Shown: one piece after another, positions 24,101 to 34,684 of the stretch
Position numbering within the stretch: the stretch's first letter is position 1
Layout of the letters: each line of letters opens with the position of its first letter
Assembly: GCA_965237415.1 (NCBI GenBank)
Contig: CBDEFM010000002.1
Location: forward strand, 1,984,001 to 2,048,000
Direction of reading: 5' to 3'
Length of the DNA: 64,000 nucleotides
Source: Alphaproteobacteria bacterium
GTDB taxonomy: Bacteria > Pseudomonadota > Alphaproteobacteria > UBA828
The notes under the pieces: generated by a model
Databases searched by the model: none
The model's input: only the letters and a program-made list of their open reading frames with translations
Told to the model about the DNA's origin: nothing
Made by a program: the position numbers and the translations under genes

Positions 24101-25072
24101 ATGGCCGTCTACACCGAAGTCTCCGACGACGAGCTTGCCGCGTTCATCGCGGAGTACGACATCGGCACGGCGCTCTCCTGCAAGGGCATCGCCGAGGGGG
24201 TCGAGAACACCAACTATCTGCTGCTGACCGAGGGCGGCCCCTACATCCTCACGCTCTACGAGAAGCGGGTCGACGCCAAGGACCTGCCGTTCTTCCTCGG
24301 GCTGATAGAGCATCTGGCGGACCGCGGCGTGCCCTGCCCGGTGCCGGTTCATGGCAGGGATGGCGCAGTGCTCCGCACGCTCTGCGAGCGCCCGGCGGCG
24401 ATCACGAGCTTCCTCGCCGGCGTCTGGCCGAGGCGCCCGCGGCCCGGCCACTGCGCGGAGCTGGGCGAGGCGCTCGCGCGGATGCACCTCGCGGGCCTCG
24501 ACTACGCCCAACGCCGCGCCAACGCGCTCTCGGTCGAGAGCTGGCGGCCGCTCTTCGAGAAGTGCCGCGCCGGCGCCGACGGCGTGGTGCCCGGCCTCTC
24601 GGCCGAGGTCGCGGCGACGCTCGACCGCATCGAGGCGGAATGGCCCCGCGATCTGCCGCGCGGCGTGGTCCACGCCGATCTCTTCCCCGACAACGTCTTC
24701 TTCAACCGCGAGAAGCTCAGCGGCCTGATCGATTTCTACTTCGCGTGCAACGACGCGCTCGTCTACGACCTGGCCGTCTGCCTCAATGCCTGGTGCTTCG
24801 AGCCCGACCTCAGCTTCAACGTCACCAAGGCGCGCCACATGATCGCGCGCTACCGCGCGGTGCGCCGCTGCTCGGAGGCCGAGATCGCAGCGCTCCCGCG
24901 GCTCGCCGAGGGCGCCGCGCTGCGCTTCCTGCTGACCCGCCTCTACGACTGGATCAACCAGGTGGACGGCGCCCTGGTGCGCCCCAAGGACCCGCGCGAG
25001 TATCTGCACAAGCTCCGCTTCCACCGCGGCGTCTCGGACCCGCGCGCCTACGGGATCGACATCGACGCATGA
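24101..25072 (+). CDS. thrB: Homoserine kinase type II
   Basis: [30 protein letters not shown]. Confidence 0.96.
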   Translation: MAVYTEVSDDELAAFIAEYDIGTALSCKGIAEGVENTNYLLLTEGGPYILTLYEKRVDAKDLPFFLGLIEHLADRGVPCPVPVHGRDGAVLRTLCERPAAITSFLAGVWPRRPRPGHCAELGEALARMHLAGLDYAQRRANALSVESWRPLFEKCRAGADGVVPGLSAEVAATLDRIEAEWPRDLPRGVVHADLFPDNVFFNREKLSGLIDFYFACNDALVYDLAVCLNAWCFEPDLSFNVTKARHMIARYRAVRRCSEAEIAALPRLAEGAALRFLLTRLYDWINQVDGALVRPKDPREYLHKLRFHRGVSDPRAYGIDIDA

Positions 25073-25503
25073 GGGTCACGATCTTTACCGACGGCGCGTG
25101 TCGCGGCAATCCGGGGCCGGGCGGCTGGGGCGCGGTGATGAGCTGCGACGGCCACTACCGCGAGTTGAGCGGCGCGCACCCGCAAACCACCAACAACCGC
25201 ATGGAGCTCACCGCCGCGATCCGGGCGCTGGAGGCGCTCAACCGCCCCTCCGAGGTCACGCTCTACACCGACAGCACCTACGTGAAGGACGGGATCACCC
25301 AGTGGCTGCCCAACTGGAAAGCCAGAGGCTGGCGCACCGCGGCCAAGGCGCCGGTCAAGAACCGCGACCTGTGGGAGGCCCTCGACGCGCTTGCCAACCG
25401 CCACGACGTGACCTGGCACTGGGTGCGGGGCCATGCCGGCAATCCCGCGAACGAGCGCGCCGACACACTCGCGCGGGCGGCGCTGAAGGCGGAGGCGACG
25501 TAG
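25069..25503 (+). CDS. rnhA: Ribonuclease HI
   Basis: [33 protein letters not shown]. Confidence 0.98.
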   Translation: MRVTIFTDGACRGNPGPGGWGAVMSCDGHYRELSGAHPQTTNNRMELTAAIRALEALNRPSEVTLYTDSTYVKDGITQWLPNWKARGWRTAAKAPVKNRDLWEALDALANRHDVTWHWVRGHAGNPANERADTLARAALKAEAT

Positions 25504-25522
25504 GCGGACGCGCTCGCTCTTG

Positions 25523-25630
25523 CTCTGCATGGCGCGATCCTGATGCAGAAGCCGCGCATCCTGCATCGCACCATGGTCCGGAGAATCGGGCGGGGGGAGA
25601 GGCCCAGGCCCTAATGAGAATTTCGGGCCT
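25523..25630. repeat. Dispersed repeat/MITE remnant (homologue of 7870-7942) with a gcccgaaattctca-type end
   Basis: Reverse complement reads gcccgaaattctcattaggg...cccgattctccggaccatggtgcgatgc. Confidence 0.55.
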
Positions 25631-25656
25631 GAAACCTGCCGCCAGCCGCGGGACTG

Positions 25657-28600
25657 TTACTCCGCAGCGCTGACCTGCGGCGCGGGTGCACGGAAGGCGG
25701 CGAGGAGCTCGGCCTCGCGCTCCTTCGCGCAGGCGATGTTGGCCTCCTTCACATGGCCGAAGCCGCGCATGGCGAGCGGCACCTCGGCGATCTCCACGGC
25801 GAGCGCATGGTTGTCCGAATCGAGGCCGGCGATCAGCGCCTCCACCGTGGCCTCGTACTCGCCGATCAGCGCGCGCTCCCGCCGCCGCTCGGCGGTGTAG
25901 CCGAAGGGGTCGAGCGGAGTCCCGCGCAGGCCCTTGAATGCCGCGAGCAACCGAAAGGCCGTGAGCATCCAGGGGCCGAAGAGGCGCTTCTTCAGGTGGC
26001 CGGTCGCCGGGTCGCGCCCGGCGATGAGCGGCGGCGCCATGCTGAAGCGGAGGCCGACCGCTCCCTCGAACTGCGCCTCCACCTGGGCCCGGAAGCGGCC
26101 GTCGGTATAGAGCCGGGCGACCTCGTATTCGTCCTTGTAGGCGAGCAGCTTGTGATAGGCGCGGGCGACCGCCTCGCCGAACCCCTTGCGGCCCGGCGCC
26201 CGCGCCCGCTCGGCCTCGCGCGCGCGGCCCACCAGCGCGCGGTAGCGGGCGGCGTAGGCCGTGTCCTGATAGGCCCTGAGGTCGGAAGCGCGGCGCTCGA
26301 TCAGCGCGTCGAGTCCCTCTGGCCGAGGAGGCTGGGGCACGGTACCCGTCTCGGCCGCCGCTGCGGCAACGGCCTCAGGATCGTTCGCGGCAGCGCGGCC
26401 CCAGCGGAAGGCACGCAGGTTGGCCTCGACGGCGACGCCGTTGAGCGCGATCGCCCGCTCCAGGGCCTCGGCGCCCAGCGGGATCTGGCCGCGCTGGTAG
26501 GCGAAGCCCAAGAGGAAGAGGTTGGCGTAGACGGCATCGCCGATCAGTGCCGTCGCCATGCGGGTCGCGTCGACGACGTCGAGCGCGCGTGCCGCCGCTC
26601 CGACCACCCGCTCCAGCTGATCGGCGGGGAAGTCGAGGTCGGGCGCGCGGGTGAAATCGCCAGTCGTGATCGGGCCGCCGTTGACCACGGCGTGGGAGGT
26701 GCTGCGGTCGAGCCGGGCCACCGCCTCGCGGCTCGCCGCCACAACCAGGTCGACGCCCAGCAGCAGCCTGGCGCCGCCTGTGGCGATCCGCACCGCATGG
26801 AGATCCTCTGCCCGCTCGGCAATACGGATGTGGCTGGTGACGGCGCCGTACTTCTGGGCGAGGCCCGCCTTGTCGAGGACCGTGGCCCCCTTGCCCTCGA
26901 GCCGTGCCGCCGTACCCAGCAGCGCGCCGAGGGTGACGATCCCGGTGCCCCCGACTCCTGCAAGCAGGATGCCGTAGGGCTCGGCGCAGGAGGGGCGAGC
27001 GGGCTCCGGCAGCGCGGCGATCGGCTGCTCGGAGACGCCGGACGATGCGCCAGAGCGCCTGCGCCCCCCCTTGACCAGCACGAAGCTCGGGCAGAAACCC
27101 TTGATGCAGGAAAAATCCTTGTTGCAGGCGGATTGGTCGATCGCTCGCTTGCGGCCGAACTCGGTCTCCAGCGGCACGACCGAGAGGCAGTTCGACTGCA
27201 CGCCGCAATCGCCGCAGCCCTCGCACACGTCCGGGTTGATGATGACGCGCCAGTCGGGGTCCTCCAGCAGGCCGCGCTTGCGCCTGCGCCGCTTCTCGGT
27301 CGCGCACATCTGGTCGTAGACGATGGCCGAGACCCCCTCCCACTCGCGCAGCTCGCGCTGCACCTGGTCGAGCGCGTCCCGGTGATGGATCGTCACGCCG
27401 TCGGCGAACTGCCCGTCGAAGGGGTATTTCTCGGGCTGGTCGGTGACCACGGCGATGCGGCCGACGCCTTCCGCCTGAATCTGGCGGGTCACGCGCTGGA
27501 CCGAGAGCGGCCCGTCCATCGGCTGGCCGCCGGTCATCGCCACGGCGTCGTTGTAGAGAATCTTGTAGGTCATGTTGACGTCGGCGGAGACCGCAGCCCG
27601 GATCGCCAGAATGCCGGAGTGAAAATAAGTGCCGTCGCCGATGTTCTGGAAGACGTGCGGGGTCTCGGTGAAGGGCGCCTGCCCGATCCAGCTCGCGCCC
27701 TCGCCCCCCATGTGGGTGAAGGTCGCGGTCTCCCGGTCCATCCACTGCGCCATGTAGTGGCAGCCGATGCCGGCGAGCGCGCGGCTCCCCTCCGGCACCT
27801 TCGTCGAGCTGTTGTGGGGGCAGCCCGAGCAGAAGTAGGGCACGCGCTCCATCGCCGCAGGCTCGGCGGCTTCGCTCTCCGCCCACCGGGCCCGCAGAAG
27901 GGCTACACGAGCCTCGATGCGCTCGTCCGTACCGAAGCGCTGGAGGCGGGCGGCCAGCGTCTGCGCAACCCCGCCGGGGTCGAGTTCGCCCGAGGCGCGG
28001 AGCAGCGGCCGTCCCTCCTCGTCGCACTTGCCGATGACGCGGGGGCGCGCGCTCGCGGGCAGGTTGTAGAGCAGCTCCTTGATCTGGTTCTCGATGAAGC
28101 CGCGCTTCTCCTCGACGACGAGAATCTCGTCGAGCCCGCCGGCGAAGCGCCTGATGCCGTCGGGCTCCAGCGGCCAGCTCATGCCGACCTTGTAGAGGGC
28201 GAGGCCTAAGCGCCGTGCCGTCCCCTCGTCGATATCGAGGTCGTCGAGCGCCTGGCGCACGTCGAGGTAGGACTTGCCGGTGGTCACGATGCCGAGCCGG
28301 CGCCCCGGCCCGTCGATCACGGTGCGGTCGAGCCTGTTCGCCCGGCCGTAGGCGCGCGCGGCGTCGAGCTTGTATTCGAGAAGGCGCTCCTCCTGATCGA
28401 GCGGCGTGTCGGGCAGGCGGATGTTGAGCCCGCCGGCGGGCAGCACGTGGTCTTCCGGCCTGACGATGGCGACGCGGTGCGGGTCCACCGAGACGATGGC
28501 CGAGCTGTCCACCGTCTCGGCGATGCAGATGAAGCCGACCCAGAGGCCGGCGTAGCGCGAGAGCCCCCAGCCGTGGAGCCCATAGTCCAGAAACTCCTGG

Positions 28601-29127
28601 ACGCCCGCCGGGTTGATCACCGGCATGGCCGCGCTCATGAAGTCGAACTCGCTCTGATGCGCCGTCGTCGACGAGGCGCAGACGTGGTCGTCGCCGGCCA
28701 GCGCGAGTACGCCGCCGTGGGGCGCCGTGCCGGCGTTGTTGGCATGCTTGAAGACGTCCATCGTGCGGTCGACACCCGGCCCCTTGCCGTACCAGATGGC
28801 GAAGACGCCGTCGTGCTTGGCACCGGGGAAGAGCCCCACCTGCTGCGTGCCCCAGAGCGCGGTGGCTGCCGTGTCCTCGTTGACGCCGGGTTGGAAGTGC
28901 ACGCCGTGCTTCTCCAGGAACGGCCGCGCCTGCCAGAGCGCCCGGTCGAAATTGCCGAGCGGCGAGCCCCGGTAGCCCGAGATCATGCAGGCCGTCTCGA
29001 GCCCGGCCGCCTGGTCCCGCAAGTACTGGATCATCGGCAGCCTGACCAGCGCCTGGGTGCCGGTCATGTAGACGTCCCCCGACGGGGCGGCGTACTTGTC
29101 GTCGAGAGTGACCGCGGCGAGCGTCAT
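25657..29127 (-). CDS. Indolepyruvate:ferredoxin oxidoreductase-family protein (fused alpha/beta)
   Basis: SGYRGSPLG, PYFCSGCPHN, GDGTYFHSG, CEGCGDC, GVGGTG, AYKDEYEVARL; RBS aggag. Confidence 0.95.
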   Translation of the reverse strand: MTLAAVTLDDKYAAPSGDVYMTGTQALVRLPMIQYLRDQAAGLETACMISGYRGSPLGNFDRALWQARPFLEKHGVHFQPGVNEDTAATALWGTQQVGLFPGAKHDGVFAIWYGKGPGVDRTMDVFKHANNAGTAPHGGVLALAGDDHVCASSTTAHQSEFDFMSAAMPVINPAGVQEFLDYGLHGWGLSRYAGLWVGFICIAETVDSSAIVSVDPHRVAIVRPEDHVLPAGGLNIRLPDTPLDQEERLLEYKLDAARAYGRANRLDRTVIDGPGRRLGIVTTGKSYLDVRQALDDLDIDEGTARRLGLALYKVGMSWPLEPDGIRRFAGGLDEILVVEEKRGFIENQIKELLYNLPASARPRVIGKCDEEGRPLLRASGELDPGGVAQTLAARLQRFGTDERIEARVALLRARWAESEAAEPAAMERVPYFCSGCPHNSSTKVPEGSRALAGIGCHYMAQWMDRETATFTHMGGEGASWIGQAPFTETPHVFQNIGDGTYFHSGILAIRAAVSADVNMTYKILYNDAVAMTGGQPMDGPLSVQRVTRQIQAEGVGRIAVVTDQPEKYPFDGQFADGVTIHHRDALDQVQRELREWEGVSAIVYDQMCATEKRRRRKRGLLEDPDWRVIINPDVCEGCGDCGVQSNCLSVVPLETEFGRKRAIDQSACNKDFSCIKGFCPSFVLVKGGRRRSGASSGVSEQPIAALPEPARPSCAEPYGILLAGVGGTGIVTLGALLGTAARLEGKGATVLDKAGLAQKYGAVTSHIRIAERAEDLHAVRIATGGARLLLGVDLVVAASREAVARLDRSTSHAVVNGGPITTGDFTRAPDLDFPADQLERVVGAAARALDVVDATRMATALIGDAVYANLFLLGFAYQRGQIPLGAEALERAIALNGVAVEANLRAFRWGRAAANDPEAVAAAAAETGTVPQPPRPEGLDALIERRASDLRAYQDTAYAARYRALVGRAREAERARAPGRKGFGEAVARAYHKLLAYKDEYEVARLYTDGRFRAQVEAQFEGAVGLRFSMAPPLIAGRDPATGHLKKRLFGPWMLTAFRLLAAFKGLRGTPLDPFGYTAERRRERALIGEYEATVEALIAGLDSDNHALAVEIAEVPLAMRGFGHVKEANIACAKEREAELLAAFRAPAPQVSAAE

Positions 29128-29208
29128 CGCTACTCCTGTCCTCAGCGTCCGGCTCTTCTTGGAGCGAGGCCGCAAGCGGCCGCCGCCCGGTGCGCGGCCG
29201 CAGCGCCA

Positions 29209-30159
29209 TCATACCCCATGGTGCCGTCCCGGCGCGAAGGGGCGGCGTGCGATGGGACGTGCCAAGCGATTTTCTGCGAGATTTGCCAGGATCGGGCCGC
29301 AGAAGGCGTGACGCGCCGGCGCCACCTGCGTCCCCTCTCCGCCGCGCGCGGCAACCGACGATGCGTCGACCATAAGGAGGGCCGGACCGCAGGTCCGGAG
29401 CGCGCGACCGCGCGCCGCGCCGAATGGCGCGTAGGCAAGCGAGCGGAGCGAGCGCCCGCCGTTGAGGGATTTGAAAGAAGACACGCCCGACACATTTTCT
29501 GGGCGGGATTCGCCGGGATTAAGTGGGATTAACTGGGATAAGTGGGAGTCCGCAGGATTCCACGGGTCGACCGGGGCCGATGCGACGGCGCGCGCAGGCC
29601 GACGGGGCCTCCCCTCGACGACCTCGCGGATGGCGGCGACGGCCTCGGGCGAGAGGCCCTTCCTGACCGGCGCCTGGCCCGCGCCGGGCGCGGCCCTGGC
29701 CGCCTTCGCCGCCGCCCGCTCCCGCTCGAGGCGGAGCTTGTCGGTGCCTTCGATGCGCCTGAGGACCAGCGCCAGGCGGGCGAGCTCTTCCGTCGACACG
29801 GGCTCCTCGCGACGGCTGAGATCGGCCAGGGCGGAGAGCGTCAGCGTCCGCAGGGTCTCGATCAGGATGAGCCCCGCGCTGCCCTCGGTGCGCTCGCCGA
29901 GCGCACGCACCCACGCCTCGTTGGCGCGGTCGGCCTCCTGCTGCTGGCGGATCAGGTCGCGCACGTTCTTGACGTAGCGGCCGACGGCCGAGCGCGAGCA
30001 CGCGCCGCCCTCCGCCCGGATGCGGGCCGTGATTTCGTCGATGGTGGCGCCGTCTGCGATGGCCGCATCGACGGCCTCACGCAGGGTGGGCGGCAGCCGC
30101 GCGATCAAGGAGCGCCCGAACGTCGCGGCTGTCGTAGTCTGTCGGGTTTCGTTTTGCAT
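29209..30159 (-). CDS. Phage Mu gp27-like (DUF3486) protein with a repeat-derived C-terminal extension
   Basis: RSLIARLPPTLREAVDAAIADGATIDEI...SRSAVGRY...GLSPEAVAAIRE resembles DUF3486; the tail runs through tandem and REP-like repeats. Confidence 0.75.
   Translation of the reverse strand: MQNETRQTTTAATFGRSLIARLPPTLREAVDAAIADGATIDEITARIRAEGGACSRSAVGRYVKNVRDLIRQQQEADRANEAWVRALGERTEGSAGLILIETLRTLTLSALADLSRREEPVSTEELARLALVLRRIEGTDKLRLERERAAAKAARAAPGAGQAPVRKGLSPEAVAAIREVVEGRPRRPARAVASAPVDPWNPADSHLSQLIPLNPGESRPENVSGVSSFKSLNGGRSLRSLAYAPFGAARGRALRTCGPALLMVDASSVAARGGEGTQVAPARHAFCGPILANLAENRLARPIARRPFAPGRHHGV
29379..29476. repeat. REP/MITE-like module homologous to 8046-8138
   Basis: gcgcgac...cgaatg...caagcgagcggagcgagcgcccg...tgagggat shared. 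Confidence 0.7.
29502..29547 (-). repeat. Tandem 9-10-bp repeats (A)ATCCCAC/GTT
   Basis: Reverse complement: tcccacttatcccagttaatcccacttaatcccggcgaatcccgcc. Confidence 0.85.
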
Positions 30160-30364
30160 GAGGCGATGCTGGCGCGCCGAGCCCCCGCCCTCCACCGCAC
30201 CATGGTGCGTCGCGCGAGCCTGAAAGGTCTCGCGCGCGACAGATAGGGTTGTGAGTGTAGCCGACGGAGCGTCGCATGAATCGGCAATGGAAAGTCGGAT
30301 GAAACCCTGGAATATCGGCTGGAAATCCGGGCCGGGCTCGCGGTCGAATTGGCCTGGAAATTTA

Positions 30365-30460
30365 GGCCGCACTTCTCACCAAGGTCATGGCCTGCGTCGC
30401 GCGGGACGCGCGCGGAGCGCACGATGCGTCCAGGCGTTCGATCCGCCAGGAGCGGGCCGA
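30365..30460 (+). mobile_element. Partial copy of the tpiA-MITE family (one end)
   Basis: ttag-gccgcacttctcaccaaggtcatggcctgcgtcgcgc...ccaggcgttcgatccgccaggagcgggccga matches 2886-2953. Confidence 0.75.
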
Positions 30461-30599
30461 GAACTTGAATCACGTCGTCTGTCATATGACCCTCACCCAC
30501 ACCAGCCCGCTCAAGAGCGATAACCGGCGTCCGGTCTCCAGGAAATTGGCGCGACCGTCGAACGCGAGCCGCGGGCGGTATTCAGCCAGCACCTCCAGC

Positions 30600-31244
30600 C
30601 GCACCGCCTGAGCGGCGGATGCATGGCGTGCTCGCGCATCAGGCGCTTGATCTTCTTGTGGTTGACGATCCAGCCCCGATGCCTGCACGCCGCCTGCATG
30701 CGTCTCCAGCCGTAGGCTTCGAACTCGTCCTTGATCGCGTGCTTGGCCTCGACCAGGGCGGTGTCGTCGACCGATGCCCTTGGTTCGTCGTAGTAGGTGG
30801 AGCGTGCGATCCCCATCAGCCGGCATCCTTGGGCGATGGAGAGGCCTCTGGGCCGGTGATGACGGACATGGGCGCGCTTCTCGGCCGTGTCGTCCTTGCT
30901 GCAGCGCCCCCCTTAGGAACTCGAGCTCGAGGGCCTGCTTGCCCACCAGGCGTTCGAGGGCCGCGATCCGGGCCTCGTACTCCTGGATCGTGCTGGCCGC
31001 CTCGGCGTCCTCGTCGAAGGCGCCGGCCTCGTACTTCTCCACCCAGATCCGATGGGGTGCGGGAGAGCTCGTGGCGGCGTGCCAGGCTGTGGAGGGTCTC
31101 GCCGGCGAGATACTCCTGAACGACCTGGCGCTTGAAGGCGATGCTGTGGGTGCGGTGCTTTGCCATGGGCGTCGATCCCTCGAATGCCCGACGCACCGGT
31201 CAAATCATTTCAATCCGCCTGTCCGACCCAAGGGGCCCACTCCA
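30600..31244 (-). mobile_element. Degenerate IS3-family element (frameshifted orfA, truncated orfB)
   Basis: End TGGAGTGGGCCCC at 31244; orfA MAKHRTHSIAFKRQVV with LERLVGKQALELEFL in another frame; orfB MGIARSTYY..YGWRR..VNHKKIKRLMRE stops before the DDE core. Confidence 0.85.
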
Positions 31245-31502
31245 GAGCGGCGTTGAACTTATGTGGCATTTAAACCGACCCCAGCGGTGAAAGAAGCCAA
31301 TGATAAGACTTGTTCGCGATGATCCATGCAAAAAGGTGGGACCGAAGTGTCTCAAGCGGCACACTATGCCGGAATGTCCGCCTGGGCTCAGCTGCCACGA
31401 AACTGACTCAATCGCCGACGTCAAAATTCGTTGAAGTTACGAAAATTCCGCCCCCCGTGGTTGACAAGGGGCGGTTGGCGCCAAGAGCCGGTCGTGATCG
31501 GC

Positions 31503-31892
31503 CTATTTGATTTCGAGGGACGTGTCGAGCAATTTGGCACAGGCCTCGGCCACATCGTTGTTCGGCTCCGCCCCGCCGGGGAAAGTTGCCCAGCCGGCTT
31601 CTATCAGATGGTTGTCGCGTTGCCACGACTTGACCGCGGCGAAACTAGCTACCAAGCCATTATCGGCATTGGCCGCCTCCTCGAATTTCGCGGCACAAAT
31701 CGGGGCCAGAGCCTGGACCATTGCTGTTTGGGCCGCTACTTCGGCGTTTTTAGTGGCAGTGCTACCGAGAAGCAATATGCCCGTAGAAAAGCCGATGACC
31801 ACGGTGGCAACCACACCCACCACTAACCCTTGAATGAGACGTGTCGGAGATTTTCCATCAACATATGGAGATAAGAAAGCAGGTGTTCGCAT
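31503..31892 (-). CDS. Conserved hypothetical membrane-anchored protein with two cysteines
   Basis: TM helix followed by ALAPICAAKF...GWATFPG...AEACA; lower-GC DNA. Confidence 0.7.
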   Translation of the reverse strand: MRTPAFLSPYVDGKSPTRLIQGLVVGVVATVVIGFSTGILLLGSTATKNAEVAAQTAMVQALAPICAAKFEEAANADNGLVASFAAVKSWQRDNHLIEAGWATFPGGAEPNNDVAEACAKLLDTSLEIK

Positions 31893-32045
31893 GGGATGCC
31901 CTCTCCCATACCGAGAGCGGAGTGTTCCACCCTACCACGCCCACGGTAGCACGCTCATCCCATTCTTGCTAGGCGGTGTCCTCGTTCAGCACATCTGAGA
32001 CGAAAGGCCACGTCTCACCTCCATCTGAGGTAGCCTGATATCCCG

Positions 32046-32360
32046 TCACAGCTCCAGTTCCAGTTCGATCGACATCTCGCGGACCGCGTCAGCGCCGTCC
32101 CGTTCCACCTCAGGAGCCGTCCGTGTTTCTCGTTCCGGCGTTGTCCGGGTCGTGTCGCCGACCACGTCGTCGCCCTTTGCCGGCGCCTCCCGCGGCGGCG
32201 GAGCGATCCCTTCCAGGGCCGATATCCGCTCGCCGGTGGCCGTTTCGATCCGCTCCCGCAGCCGCTCCGCATCGTCCGTCACCAGTTCGGCGCAGTCACG
32301 GGCACGGCTGATCTCAACGTAAAGACTTTTCTGCGTCGTCAAATGCGGGTGGGTCCGGCT
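32046..32360 (-). pseudogene. C-terminal fragment of a MobF/TrwC-type conjugative relaxase-helicase
   Basis: HPHLTTQKSLYVEISRARDCAELVTDD (helicase motif VI region) with an acidic ...IELELEL tail; N-terminus absent. Confidence 0.75.
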
Positions 32361-32615
32361 CGTAAACCCGCAATATCTGTTACCTGATCTTCTGCTTGAT
32401 CTTCTGCCTGATCGCCGGCTCCATGACGTGGGCGCCCGTCATGTTGCCGACGGCACCGAAGGTGGCCGCTGCAATGGTGGGGGCGATGCAAGGAGGGGGA
32501 GATGACCCGGATTCCCACCGCGATCACGGCCTGCGGCGCGCCGTTGCGATAGCCGGGGCGGGCGGGGGAGTGCTATAACGGCGCGCCCTCGATCCTCGCG
32601 CGGCGGGACAGCCCC

Positions 32616-33785
32616 ATGAACCTCCACGAATATCAGGCCAAGCAGGTGCTGGCGGGGTTCGGGGTGCCGGTCCCGCGCGGCGTTCCGGTGCTGGAGCCTG
32701 AGGGTGTCGAGGCCGCGGTCGACGAGCTCGGCGGCCCGGTCTGGGTGGTCAAGGCGCAGATTCATGCCGGCGGGCGCGGCAAGGCAGGCGGCGTGAAGGT
32801 CTGCAGCGGGCGCGATGAGGCGATAGCGGCGGCGCGTGCGATGTTCGGCAGGGTGCTCGTCACCAATCAGACCGGGCCGGGCGGGCGCGAGGTGCGCCGC
32901 GTCTATCTGGAGGAAGGCGCCGACATCGCGCACGAATACTATCTCGGCGCCGTTGTGGATCGCGAAAGCGGGCGCGTCGCCCTGATCGCCTCAGCTGAGG
33001 GCGGCGTCGAGATCGAGGCGGTCGCGGCCCAAAACCCGGAGGCAATCGTGACCGTGCCGGTCGATCCGGCGAGCGGCTTCCAGCCTCACCACGGGCGAAG
33101 CCTCGCCTTCGGCCTCGGGCTTTCCGGCGAGCCGGCCAAGGCAGCCGGCAAGCTGGGGCGCGCGGTCTACGACGCGGTGCTCGGCACCGATGCGAGCCTG
33201 GTCGAGATCAACCCCCTGATCGAGACGACGGAGGGCGCGCTCATCGCCCTCGATGCCAAGGTGAGCATCGACGACAACGCGCTCTACCGGCGCCGCGAGA
33301 TTGCCGCGCTGCGCGATGCGGACGAGGAAGACCCGGCCGAGCGCGCCGCCGGCGAGCACGGGCTCAGCTACGTCAAGCTCGACGGCAGCATCGGCTGCAT
33401 GGTCAACGGCGCGGGCCTCGCCATGGCGACGATGGACATCATCAAGCTGCACGGCGCAGAGCCTGCCAACTTCCTCGATGTCGGCGGCGGCGCCACCCGG
33501 GAGCGGGTGACCGAGGCCTTCAAGATCATCCTCTCGGACGCCAATGTGCGCGGCATCCTGGTCAACATCTTCGGCGGCATCATGCGCTGCGACGTGATCG
33601 CCGAGGGCATCGTTGCCGCCGCGCGCGAAGTATCGCTCACTCTCCCGCTTGTCGTTCGCCTCGAGGGCACCAATGTGGAGAAGGGCAAGGCGATCCTGGC
33701 GGGCGCCGGCATCGACCTGATCGCTGCCGACGATCTCGGCGATGCCGCGGCGAAGGTGGTTCGGGCAATCGGGCGGGCAGGCTGA
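32616..33785 (+). CDS. sucC: Succinyl-CoA synthetase beta subunit
   Basis: [34 protein letters not shown]. Confidence 0.99.
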   Translation: MNLHEYQAKQVLAGFGVPVPRGVPVLEPEGVEAAVDELGGPVWVVKAQIHAGGRGKAGGVKVCSGRDEAIAAARAMFGRVLVTNQTGPGGREVRRVYLEEGADIAHEYYLGAVVDRESGRVALIASAEGGVEIEAVAAQNPEAIVTVPVDPASGFQPHHGRSLAFGLGLSGEPAKAAGKLGRAVYDAVLGTDASLVEINPLIETTEGALIALDAKVSIDDNALYRRREIAALRDADEEDPAERAAGEHGLSYVKLDGSIGCMVNGAGLAMATMDIIKLHGAEPANFLDVGGGATRERVTEAFKIILSDANVRGILVNIFGGIMRCDVIAEGIVAAAREVSLTLPLVVRLEGTNVEKGKAILAGAGIDLIAADDLGDAAAKVVRAIGRAG

Positions 33786-34684
33786 TGGCTGTCCTTGTCG
33801 ATCGAGATACGCGGGTGATTTGCCAGGGCTTCACGGGCGCCCAGGGCACCTTCCACTCGGAGCAGGCGATTGCCTACGGAACACGCATGGTGGGCGGCGT
33901 CACCCCAGGCAAGGGCGGCGGCACCCATCTCGGCCTGCCGGTGTTCGACACCGTGGCCGAGGCCCGCGCCGTAACCGGCGCCGACGCCTCCGTGATCTAC
34001 GTGCCGGCGCCCTTCGCGGCGGACGCCATCCTTGAGGCCATCGACGCCGGGATCGGCCTCGTGGTTTGCATTACCGAGGGCATCCCGGTGCTCGACATGG
34101 TGCGGGTCAAGCGCGCGCTGAGCGGCAGCCGCACCCGCCTCGTCGGCCCCAACTGCCCCGGTGTGATCACGCCGGACGAATGCAAGATCGGCATCATGCC
34201 GGGCCACATCCACCGGCGCGGCCGGGTCGGCATCGTCTCGCGCTCGGGCACGCTCACCTACGAAGCGGTGGGGCAGACCACGGCTGCCGGGCTCGGGCAA
34301 TCCACCTGCATCGGCATCGGCGGCGATCCGGTCGCCGGCACCGACTTCATCGACTGCCTCGCCCTCTTCGCCCGCGACGACGAGACCGAGGCCATCGTGA
34401 TGATCGGCGAGATCGGAGGCACGGCGGAGGAGAAAGCCGCCGACTTCGTCCGCAGCGAGAAGCTGGTCAAGCCCATCGTGGGCTTCATCGCGGGGCTGAC
34501 GGCGCCGCCCGGCCGGCGCATGGGCCATGCCGGCGCCATCATCTCGGGCGGCAAGGGCGGCGCCCAGGACAAGATCGAGGCCATGCGGAGTGCCGGCATC
34601 GCCGTGACGGAATCGCCGGCGGCCATCGGCACCACCGTGCTGGACGTGCTGGCGCGCCGGCGCACGGCGGGGCGAGCGGCGTGA
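33785..34684 (+). CDS. sucD: Succinyl-CoA synthetase alpha subunit
   Basis: QGFTG, GPNCPG, RMGHAGA. Confidence 0.99.
   Translation: MAVLVDRDTRVICQGFTGAQGTFHSEQAIAYGTRMVGGVTPGKGGGTHLGLPVFDTVAEARAVTGADASVIYVPAPFAADAILEAIDAGIGLVVCITEGIPVLDMVRVKRALSGSRTRLVGPNCPGVITPDECKIGIMPGHIHRRGRVGIVSRSGTLTYEAVGQTTAAGLGQSTCIGIGGDPVAGTDFIDCLALFARDDETEAIVMIGEIGGTAEEKAADFVRSEKLVKPIVGFIAGLTAPPGRRMGHAGAIISGGKGGAQDKIEAMRSAGIAVTESPAAIGTTVLDVLARRRTAGRAA

Noticed and set aside
29209-32360. Intact prophage or ICE
   Set aside because: No integrase, structural or T4SS genes; only one phage-like gene and fragments.
32383-32412. 12-bp tandem repeat c(c/t)tgatcttctg and the small ORFs over it
   Set aside because: About 2.5 copies with no supporting context; probably slippage at the island edge.
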